Assembly: GCA_039029275.1 (NCBI GenBank)
Contig: JBCCGL010000014.1
Coordinates: forward strand, 49,961-113,960
Source: Pseudomonadota bacterium
GTDB lineage: Bacteria > Pseudomonadota > Gammaproteobacteria > JBCCGL01
Length of the DNA: 64,000 bases
Reading direction: 5' to 3'
Under the pieces are notes generated by a model. The model had not been told where the DNA came from and ran no database searches. It saw only the letters and a list, made by a program, of their open reading frames with translations. Below are positions 49,615-58,737 of this stretch, one piece after another. The first letter of the stretch is position 1; every line of letters starts with the position of its first letter. The position numbers were made by a program, and so were the translations under genes.

Positions 49615-50352
49615 CTATTTTATCCATATTCCATGCGTTTGGACCTTACTAAATCTATGGTTACTGGAAAGCGAAAGCACGATGCCGTGAAACCTTGGCC
49701 TTGACCCGATCTGTGTTTGATTCTCCAGCCTTAAAGTGGCATTTGAGAGCGGGTATATCCGGTCATTGGAATGAGATGAAATTTTTAACGCTCGTAGCAA
49801 ATTCTCCACTTTTTCGCTCGATCCCAGCCACACCTCATTGATGCCAGATACCCCATTTCTGTGACTGGTGGCTGTTTGTGTGCTGGTATCCTTCTTGTGG
49901 TTCTCGATTAAGAAAATGTGTTCCAGACCGGACCCCGTTGGAAAGGTTAGGTAGTTCCAGAGGCGTCCTGGCTGAACGTGATGGTCGATGCTTTCTGACC
50001 TCAGTTGTTTTGAGGCGTTGTTTATGTCAAAGCCGCTGAGGGCGACAAATATACCTCCCTCTGAACTGGCAAGAAATTTCGAATAAATTTGCGCCAGTGG
50101 GTCGTTGGAGGTGCCAAGCACAGACATCAATTCGATTTCGGTTCCGTCAGAAAATTCGACAAAGGAATTGATTAAACCATTGTTGTGCACTTTGCCGTCT
50201 TTTACTGTAAATCCGTATTTTTTAAAAATCTGATTAGAGGTTTGTAAATCGTGCACTGCCAAAACGACGTGATCGAGCCTCGGATTATCACCATGAGCAG
50301 GAGAGAAAACCACGAGGCCGAGAAGAATGCAGGATGATAAAAGTACTCTCAT
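49615..50352 (-). CDS. VOC/glyoxalase-like protein with signal peptide
   Basis: LDHVVLAV.DL, GF....G..H.NG..N, IELM. Confidence 0.75.
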   Translation of the reverse strand: MRVLLSSCILLGLVVFSPAHGDNPRLDHVVLAVHDLQTSNQIFKKYGFTVKDGKVHNNGLINSFVEFSDGTEIELMSVLGTSNDPLAQIYSKFLASSEGGIFVALSGFDINNASKQLRSESIDHHVQPGRLWNYLTFPTGSGLEHIFLIENHKKDTSTQTATSHRNGVSGINEVWLGSSEKVENLLRALKISSHSNDRIYPLSNATLRLENQTQIGSRPRFHGIVLSLSSNHRFSKVQTHGIWIK

Positions 50353-50356
50353 AAAA

Positions 50357-50423
50357 ACTCTTAAGGTTCTGCGTCATTGCCGCAGTTCTGCTTCGTACAC
50401 CTGAATGCGTTTGCCTGGTTACA
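50357..50423 (-). repeat. degenerate attC-like element
   Basis: Minus strand TGTAAC...AAACGCATTCAG...TGACGCAGAACCTTAAGAG between two co-oriented genes. Confidence 0.3.
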
Positions 50424-50438
50424 AGACGCGGTTTTTGC

Positions 50439-51028
50439 TTACCTTTTACTCCCGGATACCACGTAGGCTGACGTCGGGAAAGCAGCGGTGCCGCCAGGTG
50501 TTTCAAATTGCGATAGCTCGACGTCAGCCATTTCTACTAGTTGAATGAGTTGAGCTTCGGTTAGCGCGTCATCTTCAGTCCAACCCTTGGCACCCGTATG
50601 GATCCATTCGTTAATCGAGTTAAAGTTACCTGTACCACCATGACCTTAAATTAGAAAGTCGCCAAGGTTGAGCGGCTTGAACAACTTTTCAAGTACGGCC
50701 GAATCACCCATTGCATAAGGAGTGCTGTCTATTTCTCCACCGAGAAATTTCTGCCATAGGTACTCTTCCGCCGCGAGACCCGGATTGTTTTCGAGTTCGT
50801 CCCAAACCAGTACTGCCAAATGACCATTTGGCTTTAGTACCCTGTGCATTTCTTTTACAGCAGTTTCCTTGTTTTCGAAATACATCAAACCAAATTGACT
50901 GACAACGCAATCGAACTGTTCGTCGTCAAACCGAAGGCCTTCCGCCGGTGAAGTAATCCACTCCATGTTGGAAGATTTCCGCCTGGCAATTGCTAACATC
51001 CCCTGGTTGATGTCTACGCCTACAGTTC
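50439..51028 (-). pseudogene. class I SAM methyltransferase remnant (5' truncated, in-frame TAA at 50646-50648)
   Basis: VGVDINQGMLAIA...FDCVVSQFGLMYF...RVLKPNG...FLI*GHGG...FPTSAYVVSGSKR*; motif I missing. Confidence 0.8.
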
Positions 51029-51775
51029 TTCAGACAGTGTGGCGACAATAGGCTCGCCCCTTGTCACAATAATAGTGTGTTCAAATTGCGCGGATAGATT
51101 CGCGGGATGGCCAACGAGTGTCCATCCATCACTCGCCTCGGTTACAGATGTGCTTTTCGTGGACAAAAAGGGCTCAATTGCTATTACTTGACCGAGTTGC
51201 AATCGTCGTGTGTCGTGACGGTTAAAGTAGCTGACAATGCCCTCAGGCTCTTCGTGTAGGCTTCGACCGATTCCGTGACCGGCGAGATTCCTGATTGTTT
51301 TGAACCCGTGCGACTTCGCAGTGCGCTGAATGGCTTTTCCGATTCTATTTATAGGCGCACCAGCTCTCGCTTCCGATAGAGCACGCTTTAATGCCTGCTT
51401 CGCGGCATGACACAGTCGCGCTTTAATTTTTGCTACGGGGGGAACGACAGTCGTGCCACCCGTATCAGCGAAATAGCCTTCCAACTCAGCGGAAACATCA
51501 ATATTCACAACATCCCCTGCCTGAATAATTCTCTTGCCAGGAATGCCATGAGCGGCTTCATTATTGATACTGATGCAAGTCGTACCGGGAAAGTTATAGG
51601 TAACTCTGGGTGCTGATTTGGCTCCCATGCTTTCAAGAAGCGCCGCACCTAGTTCATCCAACTCCGCTGTCGTGATTCCTGGCTCAACAGCACTCAACAT
51701 TGCATCGCGCACCGTGGCAACGGCCCGCCCGGCATTCATGATGCCATCGATATCGTTCTGGCTCTCTACTGTCAT
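51020..51775 (-). CDS. map: type I methionine aminopeptidase
   Basis: CISIN.EAAHGIP, NIDVS, FADT, GHGIG.SLHEEP, IEPF, SAQFEHTI. Confidence 0.93.
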   Translation of the reverse strand: MTVESQNDIDGIMNAGRAVATVRDAMLSAVEPGITTAELDELGAALLESMGAKSAPRVTYNFPGTTCISINNEAAHGIPGKRIIQAGDVVNIDVSAELEGYFADTGGTTVVPPVAKIKARLCHAAKQALKRALSEARAGAPINRIGKAIQRTAKSHGFKTIRNLAGHGIGRSLHEEPEGIVSYFNRHDTRRLQLGQVIAIEPFLSTKSTSVTEASDGWTLVGHPANLSAQFEHTIIVTRGEPIVATLSEEL

Positions 51776-51801
51776 ATATGAACCTTGATTTTTTGATCGA
51801 C

Positions 51802-51849
51802 GGATAATGCTGCTATCAGTGGAGCATGTAGTGTATTCGCTTGTTTGGC
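51802..51849 (-). repeat. degenerate attC-like element
   Basis: Minus strand GCCAAACAAGCGAATACAC...CCACTGATAGCAGCATTATCC right after a stop codon. Confidence 0.45.
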
Positions 51850-51852
51850 TTG

Positions 51853-52233
51853 CTAGGAATTTTCACAGTCAACAACCTCATAGCCAACACCAGTTGTATC
51901 GTTTTCTAATACCGCAACATCAAAATATTCAAGTTCTTCAGCATCGGGTAGATTAGAACGAGGGATTAGGTGAAGATTGATGTCAGTTGTCCCTGCACCG
52001 CAGACCGCAAGCACGACTAGATTCGTTTCAAAACCACAATTAGACGATATTACGTCTATTCCGCGGCGAATAAGTAGCAACGCGCTTTCTTCAACAGATT
52101 CCCCTGAATGCTCGCATTGAATTGCACCTGTGCTTTTAAATACCGTTACCGTGTTAGCGTCTTCTGGGGAACCATTGCTGCCACCACAGCTAACCAAGAT
52201 TGAGATGGCAGAAATTGAGAATATGCGATACAT
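51853..52233 (-). CDS. hypothetical lipoprotein
   Basis: Lipobox-like LVSC, several Cys residues. Confidence 0.7.
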   Translation of the reverse strand: MYRIFSISAISILVSCGGSNGSPEDANTVTVFKSTGAIQCEHSGESVEESALLLIRRGIDVISSNCGFETNLVVLAVCGAGTTDINLHLIPRSNLPDAEELEYFDVAVLENDTTGVGYEVVDCENS

Positions 52234-52241
52234 CAGTTTTT

Positions 52242-52317
52242 CCTCAAGCGAATCAAATCAACGGACTCAGTAGGTGTGAGGTGACTAGTAATGTTCGACT
52301 GCATGCGCTTGTTAAGC
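52242..52317 (-). repeat. attC-like element (best preserved)
   Basis: Stop codon lies inside GCTTAAC (RYYYAAC), then AAGCG spacer and CATGCAGTCG; right arm CCGTTGAT...CGCTTGAGG is eroded. Confidence 0.6.
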
Positions 52318-52701
52318 CTCGGACTGAATCTTCGCAATCTCGTCGTAACAATAGCTAGTAATTTCGAAAGGATTTTCATAAGGATCTGAAAAGTAAATTG
52401 ACCACGATAGCTCGTGGTCGTTTTCAACAAATAATACTCCGTGAAAAGTTAGCTTTTTTTTCCAAGCCAGATAATTTTCTGAGTCTACTGAAAATGCAAT
52501 TGTGGTGGATTTTTTATCTTTGTTTTGAAAAAGTGCTAGATGAACACCACCGTTCGAAATAGTTAGCGGCCCTCCTTCTATAAACCATTTTTCAAGAGCG
52601 TTGACACGTGAGAAGTCCAAAACCTCTTTATACCACCTTTCCGCCTCAAGCCTATTTGGTGCATAGACATGAACGTGATCAATTTTCTCTAATTCAGGCA
52701 T
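52312..52701 (-). CDS. VOC/glyoxalase family protein
   Basis: IDHVHV, WY..VL.F, DH..SWSIYF.DPY.NP.EI. Confidence 0.85.
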   Translation of the reverse strand: MPELEKIDHVHVYAPNRLEAERWYKEVLDFSRVNALEKWFIEGGPLTISNGGVHLALFQNKDKKSTTIAFSVDSENYLAWKKKLTFHGVLFVENDHELSWSIYFSDPYENPFEITSYCYDEIAKIQSEA

Positions 52702-52921
52702 ATTTTGTGTGCACTTCAACTGAAGTATAACAGCGCGCTAATGAGACTTTCGGCCACCTTAACTGTATTATAAGGAATCTATATAACAACACAGTATCCT
52801 CTCGTGTGTTCATGCATCTTTCTGAAAAACAGGCGAAAACAACACATTAGAAATTCTTACTGCGTTTTTACTCGCGCAATCGATTCAAAAAACGTTCGAT
52901 TCCGCGACACCCGTTCTACAA

Positions 52922-54568
52922 TTACGCTGACCGCAACGGCGCATTCGCCGGGCGTTCCGGAGTTCGCTGTTCCTGCCCCAGCACAAAATCAGCCGCGCGC
53001 GCTGCGATCATTTGCGTGGGTGCGTTGAGATTTCCGCTAACAATATCCGGCATAACCGATGCGTCGATCACGCGAAGATTGTCAATTCCGCGCACGCGCA
53101 TTTCGCCGTCAACGACTGCCATTTCATCCATGCCCATTTTGCATGTGCCGCAGGGGTGGTAGTCGGTCGAGACGGTCGCGCGCACAAACGCTTCGATTTC
53201 ATTGTCACTTCTGACATCCGGCGCAGGTTCGATGCGTTTGCCGCGAAATTCGTCGAAGGCCGGTTGCATCATGATTTCCTGCATTTTCTTGAACGCCTCA
53301 ACCAGTTCATGTACGTCGAAAGGATCGGACAAATAGTTGAACTGTTGCGACGGTCGATCCGCGGGATTAAGTGACTGCAAACGAATCTGACCTTTGCTGC
53401 GCGGGCGCAATTGATCGACGTTAATCTGATAACCCTGAAACAGTTTGATGCGCGTGCCTTCGTAGGTGTTGTACACGGGCGTAAAGTGATACTGCAAATT
53501 CGGGTATTCGACCTCGTCGTTGCCGTAGACAAGCCCACCCATCTCCCAGACGTTCGATGCAGCCACACCGGTGCGTGTCAACATCCACTGAGCACCGACT
53601 CTGAGCTTGTGCAGCGGGTTGCTGAGATAATTCAGCGTGATGGGTTTGGTGCATTCGAACGCGGTATCGATCGACAAATGATCCTGCAAATTCTGACCAA
53701 CGCCGGGCAAATCCAAAACCGGATCGATTCCGTGCTCGCGCAAATGATCGGCAGGGCCAAGCCCGGACAGCATCAACAGTTGCGGCGTTCGAATCGCGCC
53801 GCAGGACACAATAACCGATTTGCCCGCGTGGATCGTGTGCTGCTCGCCGCGCAGCGAAACGCGGACACCTCGCGCGCAATTGTTTTCGACAATAATTTTT
53901 TCGACCATTACGTCGGTTTGCAATTGCAGATTGGCGCGTGACAGCGCAGGCTTTAAATGCGCGACCGCGGCACTTGAACGTCGACCGTTCTTTGTGGTGC
54001 TGTCGAACCTTGCAATGCCTTCGGGTTTGTACCCGTTTAAATCGTCGGATGTGCCCTGACCGGATTGTTCGCCCGCTTCCATCAGGGCGTCGAACAAAGG
54101 GTTTTGTAACTTGCCTTTGGTAACACCCAGCGGGCCGCTGTCGCCGCGCCACTCGTTCGCACCTCGGTCTGAATTTTCACCGGCTTTAAAATACGGCAGA
54201 CAATTGTCGAAGCGCCATTCGGGCAAATTATGATTTTCCGCCCAATAGTCGTAGTCGCGCGGATGGCCGCGCATATACACCATCGAATTGATCGACGACG
54301 AACCGCCGATCACTTTTCCGCGCGGCATTTCGACTTCGCGATCATCACACTGCGCCTGCGGATCGGTTTTGTAGTTCCAGTTAATGCTCGGGTCTTTGTA
54401 GACGCTGTAAACGCCAGCGGGAATATGGATCAGCAGTTTGTGATCCATTGGTCCTGCTTCAAGAATCAGCACGCTGTGATCGCCACTCGCGGATAGTTTG
54501 TTTGCCAGCACGCACCCGGCTGAACCCGCGCCGAGGATGATGTAGTCGTATTCGGGTTTGAATGTCAT
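52922..54568 (-). CDS. betA: GMC oxidoreductase, choline dehydrogenase-like
   Basis: YDYIILGAGSAG, RGKVIGGSSSIN.M.Y.RG, VGQNLQDH, YHPCGTCKMG, GNLNAP; ATG at 54568. Confidence 0.75.
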   Translation of the reverse strand: MTFKPEYDYIILGAGSAGCVLANKLSASGDHSVLILEAGPMDHKLLIHIPAGVYSVYKDPSINWNYKTDPQAQCDDREVEMPRGKVIGGSSSINSMVYMRGHPRDYDYWAENHNLPEWRFDNCLPYFKAGENSDRGANEWRGDSGPLGVTKGKLQNPLFDALMEAGEQSGQGTSDDLNGYKPEGIARFDSTTKNGRRSSAAVAHLKPALSRANLQLQTDVMVEKIIVENNCARGVRVSLRGEQHTIHAGKSVIVSCGAIRTPQLLMLSGLGPADHLREHGIDPVLDLPGVGQNLQDHLSIDTAFECTKPITLNYLSNPLHKLRVGAQWMLTRTGVAASNVWEMGGLVYGNDEVEYPNLQYHFTPVYNTYEGTRIKLFQGYQINVDQLRPRSKGQIRLQSLNPADRPSQQFNYLSDPFDVHELVEAFKKMQEIMMQPAFDEFRGKRIEPAPDVRSDNEIEAFVRATVSTDYHPCGTCKMGMDEMAVVDGEMRVRGIDNLRVIDASVMPDIVSGNLNAPTQMIAARAADFVLGQEQRTPERPANAPLRSA

Positions 54569-54569
54569 T

Positions 54570-55448
54570 TCAGTTTTTAGACTGCAGTTGCTTGAGAGGC
54601 GCGTCTTCGCGCCACGTGGTACGCCACATGCGGCGTCTCGAATTGTGGATGTCGTACGGTGTACCGGCGTGCAGCACCCTGCGATTGTCCCACAGCACAG
54701 CATCACCTTTTTGCCACTGGTGTCGATAGCGAAATTCGTCCGCGCATGCGTGATCGGTAAGCGATTCGATAAACGTTCGCGTCGCATTTTCTGTCCAACC
54801 GTCGATGCGCAGACTCACCTGATTGCCAAAGTAGAGCGCGCGCCTTCCCGTAAGCGGATGGCGACGAACCAATGGCCGCCAAACGGATTCGTACTTGCGT
54901 TGTGCTTTCTCGAAGGCGTGACCCTGTCGTTCGAGATATCGCTCCAGGCCGCTCGCGCTGGTTTCGATAAACATGGTTTCGTAATCTATTTTTTGCTGTG
55001 CGCTCAGCGCATCGTAGGCGCTGTACATACACGCAAACAAGGTATCGCCGCCAGACTCGGGCACTTCCAGCGCGTACAGCAGCGACGCCCGCGCAGGCAC
55101 TTGTCGGTGAATGTGATCGGTATGCCACTCGAGCTCGCCGTCTGCTTCGGCGGGAGAAAACGTGACCAGTTCTTTGCCCGTATTTCCAACCACAAAAATT
55201 TCGTCGTGCTGTGGCAGGCGAGCGTTTCCGAGTTCGGTCAATTCCAGTGATGCAAACGCGCGGCTGAATTCGACCAACTGTTTAGCCGACAAATCCTGCG
55301 CAGGAAAAACCAATACCCCAAATTTTTCTAAGGCGTGTTCAATTTCATCGATCAGGTTTGCACCGGGAATTTCCTGAAGCGACACATTGCAAACGCGCGC
55401 ACCAACTGTCGTATTCAGTGGAGTGATTTCGAGGGTCGCGTCAGTCAC
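54570..55448 (-). CDS. TauD/TfdA family 2OG-Fe(II) dioxygenase
   Basis: WHTD, GGDTLF, PLVRRHP.TGR, WDNR..LH. Confidence 0.9.
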   Translation of the reverse strand: MTDATLEITPLNTTVGARVCNVSLQEIPGANLIDEIEHALEKFGVLVFPAQDLSAKQLVEFSRAFASLELTELGNARLPQHDEIFVVGNTGKELVTFSPAEADGELEWHTDHIHRQVPARASLLYALEVPESGGDTLFACMYSAYDALSAQQKIDYETMFIETSASGLERYLERQGHAFEKAQRKYESVWRPLVRRHPLTGRRALYFGNQVSLRIDGWTENATRTFIESLTDHACADEFRYRHQWQKGDAVLWDNRRVLHAGTPYDIHNSRRRMWRTTWREDAPLKQLQSKN

Positions 55449-56295
55449 TGAAACTTCTTACAACTGAAGCGCTGATGCGGACCAGCAACCACAAAAACAG
55501 CAGAGGGAAAAACACGGTTTGCAGGAGAAAAACCACGATCAAGTGAACGATGTGTTCGCTCGCGGTGGCGAAGCGCTGTTTGTACTCGGCGATGCGCGCC
55601 TCGACATTGAACGTTTGCGTGGTGCGATCGTACCAGCGTTCGATTCGCGCCAAAAAGCTCTCGTTGCCGCTACTCGCTGCCTGCTGTTCCGCAGCCTGCA
55701 ATGCTTCGACTTCGTCGCGCGTTTGCTCCAGCGCGTTGTATGACTCGCTGAAACGCGTATCCAGAAAAGACTGATACACCCAGTCGTTGACTATCACGAC
55801 TGCGGGCACCGCCAATCGCACCAACAACACCAGTAATGCCGCTTTAAGAAAAAGACTGCGCCACCGGCTTGCGACGAGTTGCGGCTTCCACAAACACACC
55901 AGCACAAACAGACACGCCACGATCATCGCACCCTGCAAAAACGCGGATGACCCCATCTCGATCATCAGCTTTTGCGCCCCCAGCGAGGTGCTGGCAAGCA
56001 GCATGATCCACGAGAAACGCTCGATCAGGTCGTTAACCGGATCGAACACCTGACCCGGCGTCAGTATCACCCCGACTCCGGCGGGCTCAATCGCAAGCTC
56101 GGTGCCTTGCACCACAGACACAACCGCGTTAATGCCGCGCACCACGGCAAAGGTGACAAGCGCACGCTCGAAGGCCGCATCGACCGGCTGCGCCGCGCGT
56201 TTGTCTATGGTTTGCGTCAAGGCCAAAATTGCGACGGCGCAGACCAGCGCGGTGGTCAGTACTCGCAGCACACCTATGGTACGTGATTCACTCAT
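55441..56295 (-). CDS. hypothetical membrane protein
   Basis: Several TM helices; R.INA..SV.Q and G...DP.NDL.ERFS segments; overlaps the tauD-like start. Confidence 0.7.
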   Translation of the reverse strand: MSESRTIGVLRVLTTALVCAVAILALTQTIDKRAAQPVDAAFERALVTFAVVRGINAVVSVVQGTELAIEPAGVGVILTPGQVFDPVNDLIERFSWIMLLASTSLGAQKLMIEMGSSAFLQGAMIVACLFVLVCLWKPQLVASRWRSLFLKAALLVLLVRLAVPAVVIVNDWVYQSFLDTRFSESYNALEQTRDEVEALQAAEQQAASSGNESFLARIERWYDRTTQTFNVEARIAEYKQRFATASEHIVHLIVVFLLQTVFFPLLFLWLLVRISASVVRSFSD

Positions 56296-56397
56296 GTGCC
56301 TATGGTATGCAGCGCGAGGCAAGATGGCAAAGCCCGCACTTGAACGATTGCTATCGCCTCTGCTAGCGTAGTCAGGATCTATCAGGAGTTACCCCGT

Positions 56398-57387
56398 ATG
56401 CGTCCCTCACCTGTTTCCGCGACCGTCGATTTTGAGCAAGACGGCGTGCAACACGGCTTTTTGAAATTGCCCTGCTCGCGCGACGAGTCGGCCTGGGGCG
56501 CGTTGATGACGCCGATTACCGTTGCCAAAAACGGCGACGGCCCAACCGCGATCATCACCGGTGCCAATCACGGCGACGAATACGAAGGTCCTGTGGCGAT
56601 GTGCAAATACGCCAGCAGTATCGATCTGGACGAAATTACCGGCCGCGTTATTCTCGTGCCGTTTTTTAACTTTCCCGCGTTCAAGGCCGCCAAGCGCACG
56701 TCACCGATCGACGGTGGTAATATGAATCGTGTTTTTCCCGGCAGACCGGATGGCAACTTTACCGAGAAAACCGCGGATTATTTCCAGCGCCATTTACTCC
56801 CGATGTGCGACTACGTTCTGGATTTTCATTCCGGCGGCAAGACGCTGGACTTCGTACCATTCGCCTGTGCGCACATTTTGCCAGACAAGGATCAAGAAGC
56901 GCGTTGTGTTGCAGCAATGAAGGCTTTTGCCGCACCGTACAGCATGATGTTGCTCGAGATCGACGCTACCGGAATGTACGACTCTGCCGCTGAAGAAATG
57001 GGTAAAGTGTTTGTCTCGACCGAACTCCGCGGCGGCGGCACGTCCACCGCGGAAACGGTCAAATTCGCCGAAACCGGGCTGCACAATTTTCTTGTGCACG
57101 CCGGTATAAAAAAAGGCGAGTTAATCCCACGCGAGACCGTGTTTCTGGATATGCCGGATGGCAACTGTTTTGTCACCTGCGAGCACGAAGGTTTACTGGA
57201 AATGTGTGTGGACCTCGGGCAGACGGTGAACGAGGGGGATGTGATCGCGCGCATTTACGACATGAATCGCACCGGCACGGCACCGGTTGAGTACCGCGCC
57301 AAAATCAGTGGCATGCTGGCGCAGCGCCATTACCCCGGATTGATCGCCTGCGGTGATGCGCTCGCCGTTATTGCGGTGGTCAAATAG
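56398..57387 (+). CDS. doeB: N(alpha)-acetyl-L-2,4-diaminobutyrate deacetylase (ectoine catabolism, DoeB/EutE)
   Basis: VDFE.DGVQHGFLKLP.SRD.SAWG, GANHGDEYEG, NMNR.FPG, DFHSGG, TELRGGG. Confidence 0.85.
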   Translation: MRPSPVSATVDFEQDGVQHGFLKLPCSRDESAWGALMTPITVAKNGDGPTAIITGANHGDEYEGPVAMCKYASSIDLDEITGRVILVPFFNFPAFKAAKRTSPIDGGNMNRVFPGRPDGNFTEKTADYFQRHLLPMCDYVLDFHSGGKTLDFVPFACAHILPDKDQEARCVAAMKAFAAPYSMMLLEIDATGMYDSAAEEMGKVFVSTELRGGGTSTAETVKFAETGLHNFLVHAGIKKGELIPRETVFLDMPDGNCFVTCEHEGLLEMCVDLGQTVNEGDVIARIYDMNRTGTAPVEYRAKISGMLAQRHYPGLIACGDALAVIAVVK

Positions 57388-57395
57388 GCACCGAT

Positions 57396-58097
57396 ATGAC
57401 AGTACCAACAACCGAACTGGGCACGACGACAGACGTTAAAGCCCTGCGCGCAATTTTTGACCCCAACGGTTTGCATCTGGTCGACCTCGGCTGCGGCGCC
57501 GGTGATCTCGCGCGCAAACTTGCCTACGTTGGCGCGACCGTCCTGGGCGTCGAGCCGGATGCCGCGCAAGCGGAGAAAAACGCCGCCGCGACAGCGGTCG
57601 ACCGCGTCAGCTTTGTGCAGGCGTGTGCCCACGAAATGCCGGTCGACGAAGGTTCATCCGACGGTGTCATGTTCAGCTTGTCGTTGCACCACGTACCAAA
57701 AGATCTGATGCAGGCATCAATCGAAAAAGCCATTGGCGTATTAAAACCCGACGGTTTTCTCGCCGTAGTCGAACCACTTTTTGCCGGTTCTTATAACGAT
57801 TGCATCGAGCTTTTTCACAACGAAGAAGCCGTGCGCAAAGACGCAGAAGCGGCGGTCAAACAATTTGCCGCGCCTCACTTTGACCGCTGGCAGCAATTTT
57901 TTTACACCACCGAAACGCACTACGATAATTTTGACGAATTCAGCGATCGATACGTCAACATGACGTATCTAACCTTTCACGCAGATGTCGTGCGCTCAGA
58001 TGTCGTCAGGCAACGTTTCGAAGCCTGCCGCGAGGGTGACAGATATTGTCTGCGCTCACCCATGCGTATCGATTTTTTCACCGCAAAGAAACACTAG
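57396..58097 (+). CDS. class I SAM-dependent methyltransferase
   Basis: VDLGCGAG, GVEP, SLHHV, LKPDG. Confidence 0.88.
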   Translation: MTVPTTELGTTTDVKALRAIFDPNGLHLVDLGCGAGDLARKLAYVGATVLGVEPDAAQAEKNAAATAVDRVSFVQACAHEMPVDEGSSDGVMFSLSLHHVPKDLMQASIEKAIGVLKPDGFLAVVEPLFAGSYNDCIELFHNEEAVRKDAEAAVKQFAAPHFDRWQQFFYTTETHYDNFDEFSDRYVNMTYLTFHADVVRSDVVRQRFEACREGDRYCLRSPMRIDFFTAKKH

Positions 58098-58101
58098 GAA
58101 C

Positions 58102-58737
58102 ATGGCGTTTGACACCTGGCTGGCGTACGCCATTGCAGCGACGATAATTGTCATTATTCCGGGACCGACAATTTTACTGGTGGTTGCGCAGTCGGTGCGG
58201 CACGGTTCGCGCGCGACGGTTCCGCTAACGCTTGGCGTTATGTGCGGCGATGCCGTCGCACTGGTGATGTCCTTACTCGGTCTCGGCGCGATTCTGGCAA
58301 CGTCGGCGGTCTTGTTTACGGCGGTCAAATGGGTGGGCGCGGCGTATTTGATTTACCTCGGTATCAGTATGTGGCGCTCGCCGGTTCAAGAAAACTCTAA
58401 AAATGTCACGCAACAAGAGCCGCTGCCGAGGCGATCACGCGCCCTGTTCATGCACGCGTTTGTTGTCACCACGTTTAACCCCAAAGGCATCGTATTTTTT
58501 ATGGCGTTTCTGCCGCAGTTTGTGAACCCCGCCGGCGACGTTGTATGGCAGCTGGTGATTTTGGGCAGTACGTTTGTGGTAATCGGTACGATCAACGCAG
58601 CACTCTACGCTGTTTTTGCCGGCGCACTGAAAAAATTTCTGGCCAGAGAAAGCGCGCAACGCTGGTTTAATCGCGGCGGCGGCACTGCATTGATCGGTGC
58701 AGGTGTGTTTACTGCGGCGCTTGAGCGGAACGCGTAA
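58102..58737 (+). CDS. LysE/RhtB family translocator
   Basis: IPGP, KWVGAAYLIYLG, NPKG..FF.AFLPQF. Confidence 0.9.
   Translation: MAFDTWLAYAIAATIIVIIPGPTILLVVAQSVRHGSRATVPLTLGVMCGDAVALVMSLLGLGAILATSAVLFTAVKWVGAAYLIYLGISMWRSPVQENSKNVTQQEPLPRRSRALFMHAFVVTTFNPKGIVFFMAFLPQFVNPAGDVVWQLVILGSTFVVIGTINAALYAVFAGALKKFLARESAQRWFNRGGGTALIGAGVFTAALERNA

Noticed and set aside
43000-52320. Spacer elements as a CRISPR array
   Set aside because: The repeats are highly divergent, separated by whole genes, and there are no cas genes
54569-54787. N-terminal extension of the GMC oxidoreductase (621-aa call); similar extensions on trpS, RidA, LysE, AlkD and the ProC-like gene
   Set aside because: The extensions overlap upstream genes or intergenic regions, and family-typical N-termini begin at downstream starts
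58709-58737. Convergent 3' overlaps (LysE/DMT; AlkD/IalB-like at 21280-21297) as antisense regulation
   Set aside because: Short tail-to-tail overlaps are common in compact genomes and there is no further evidence
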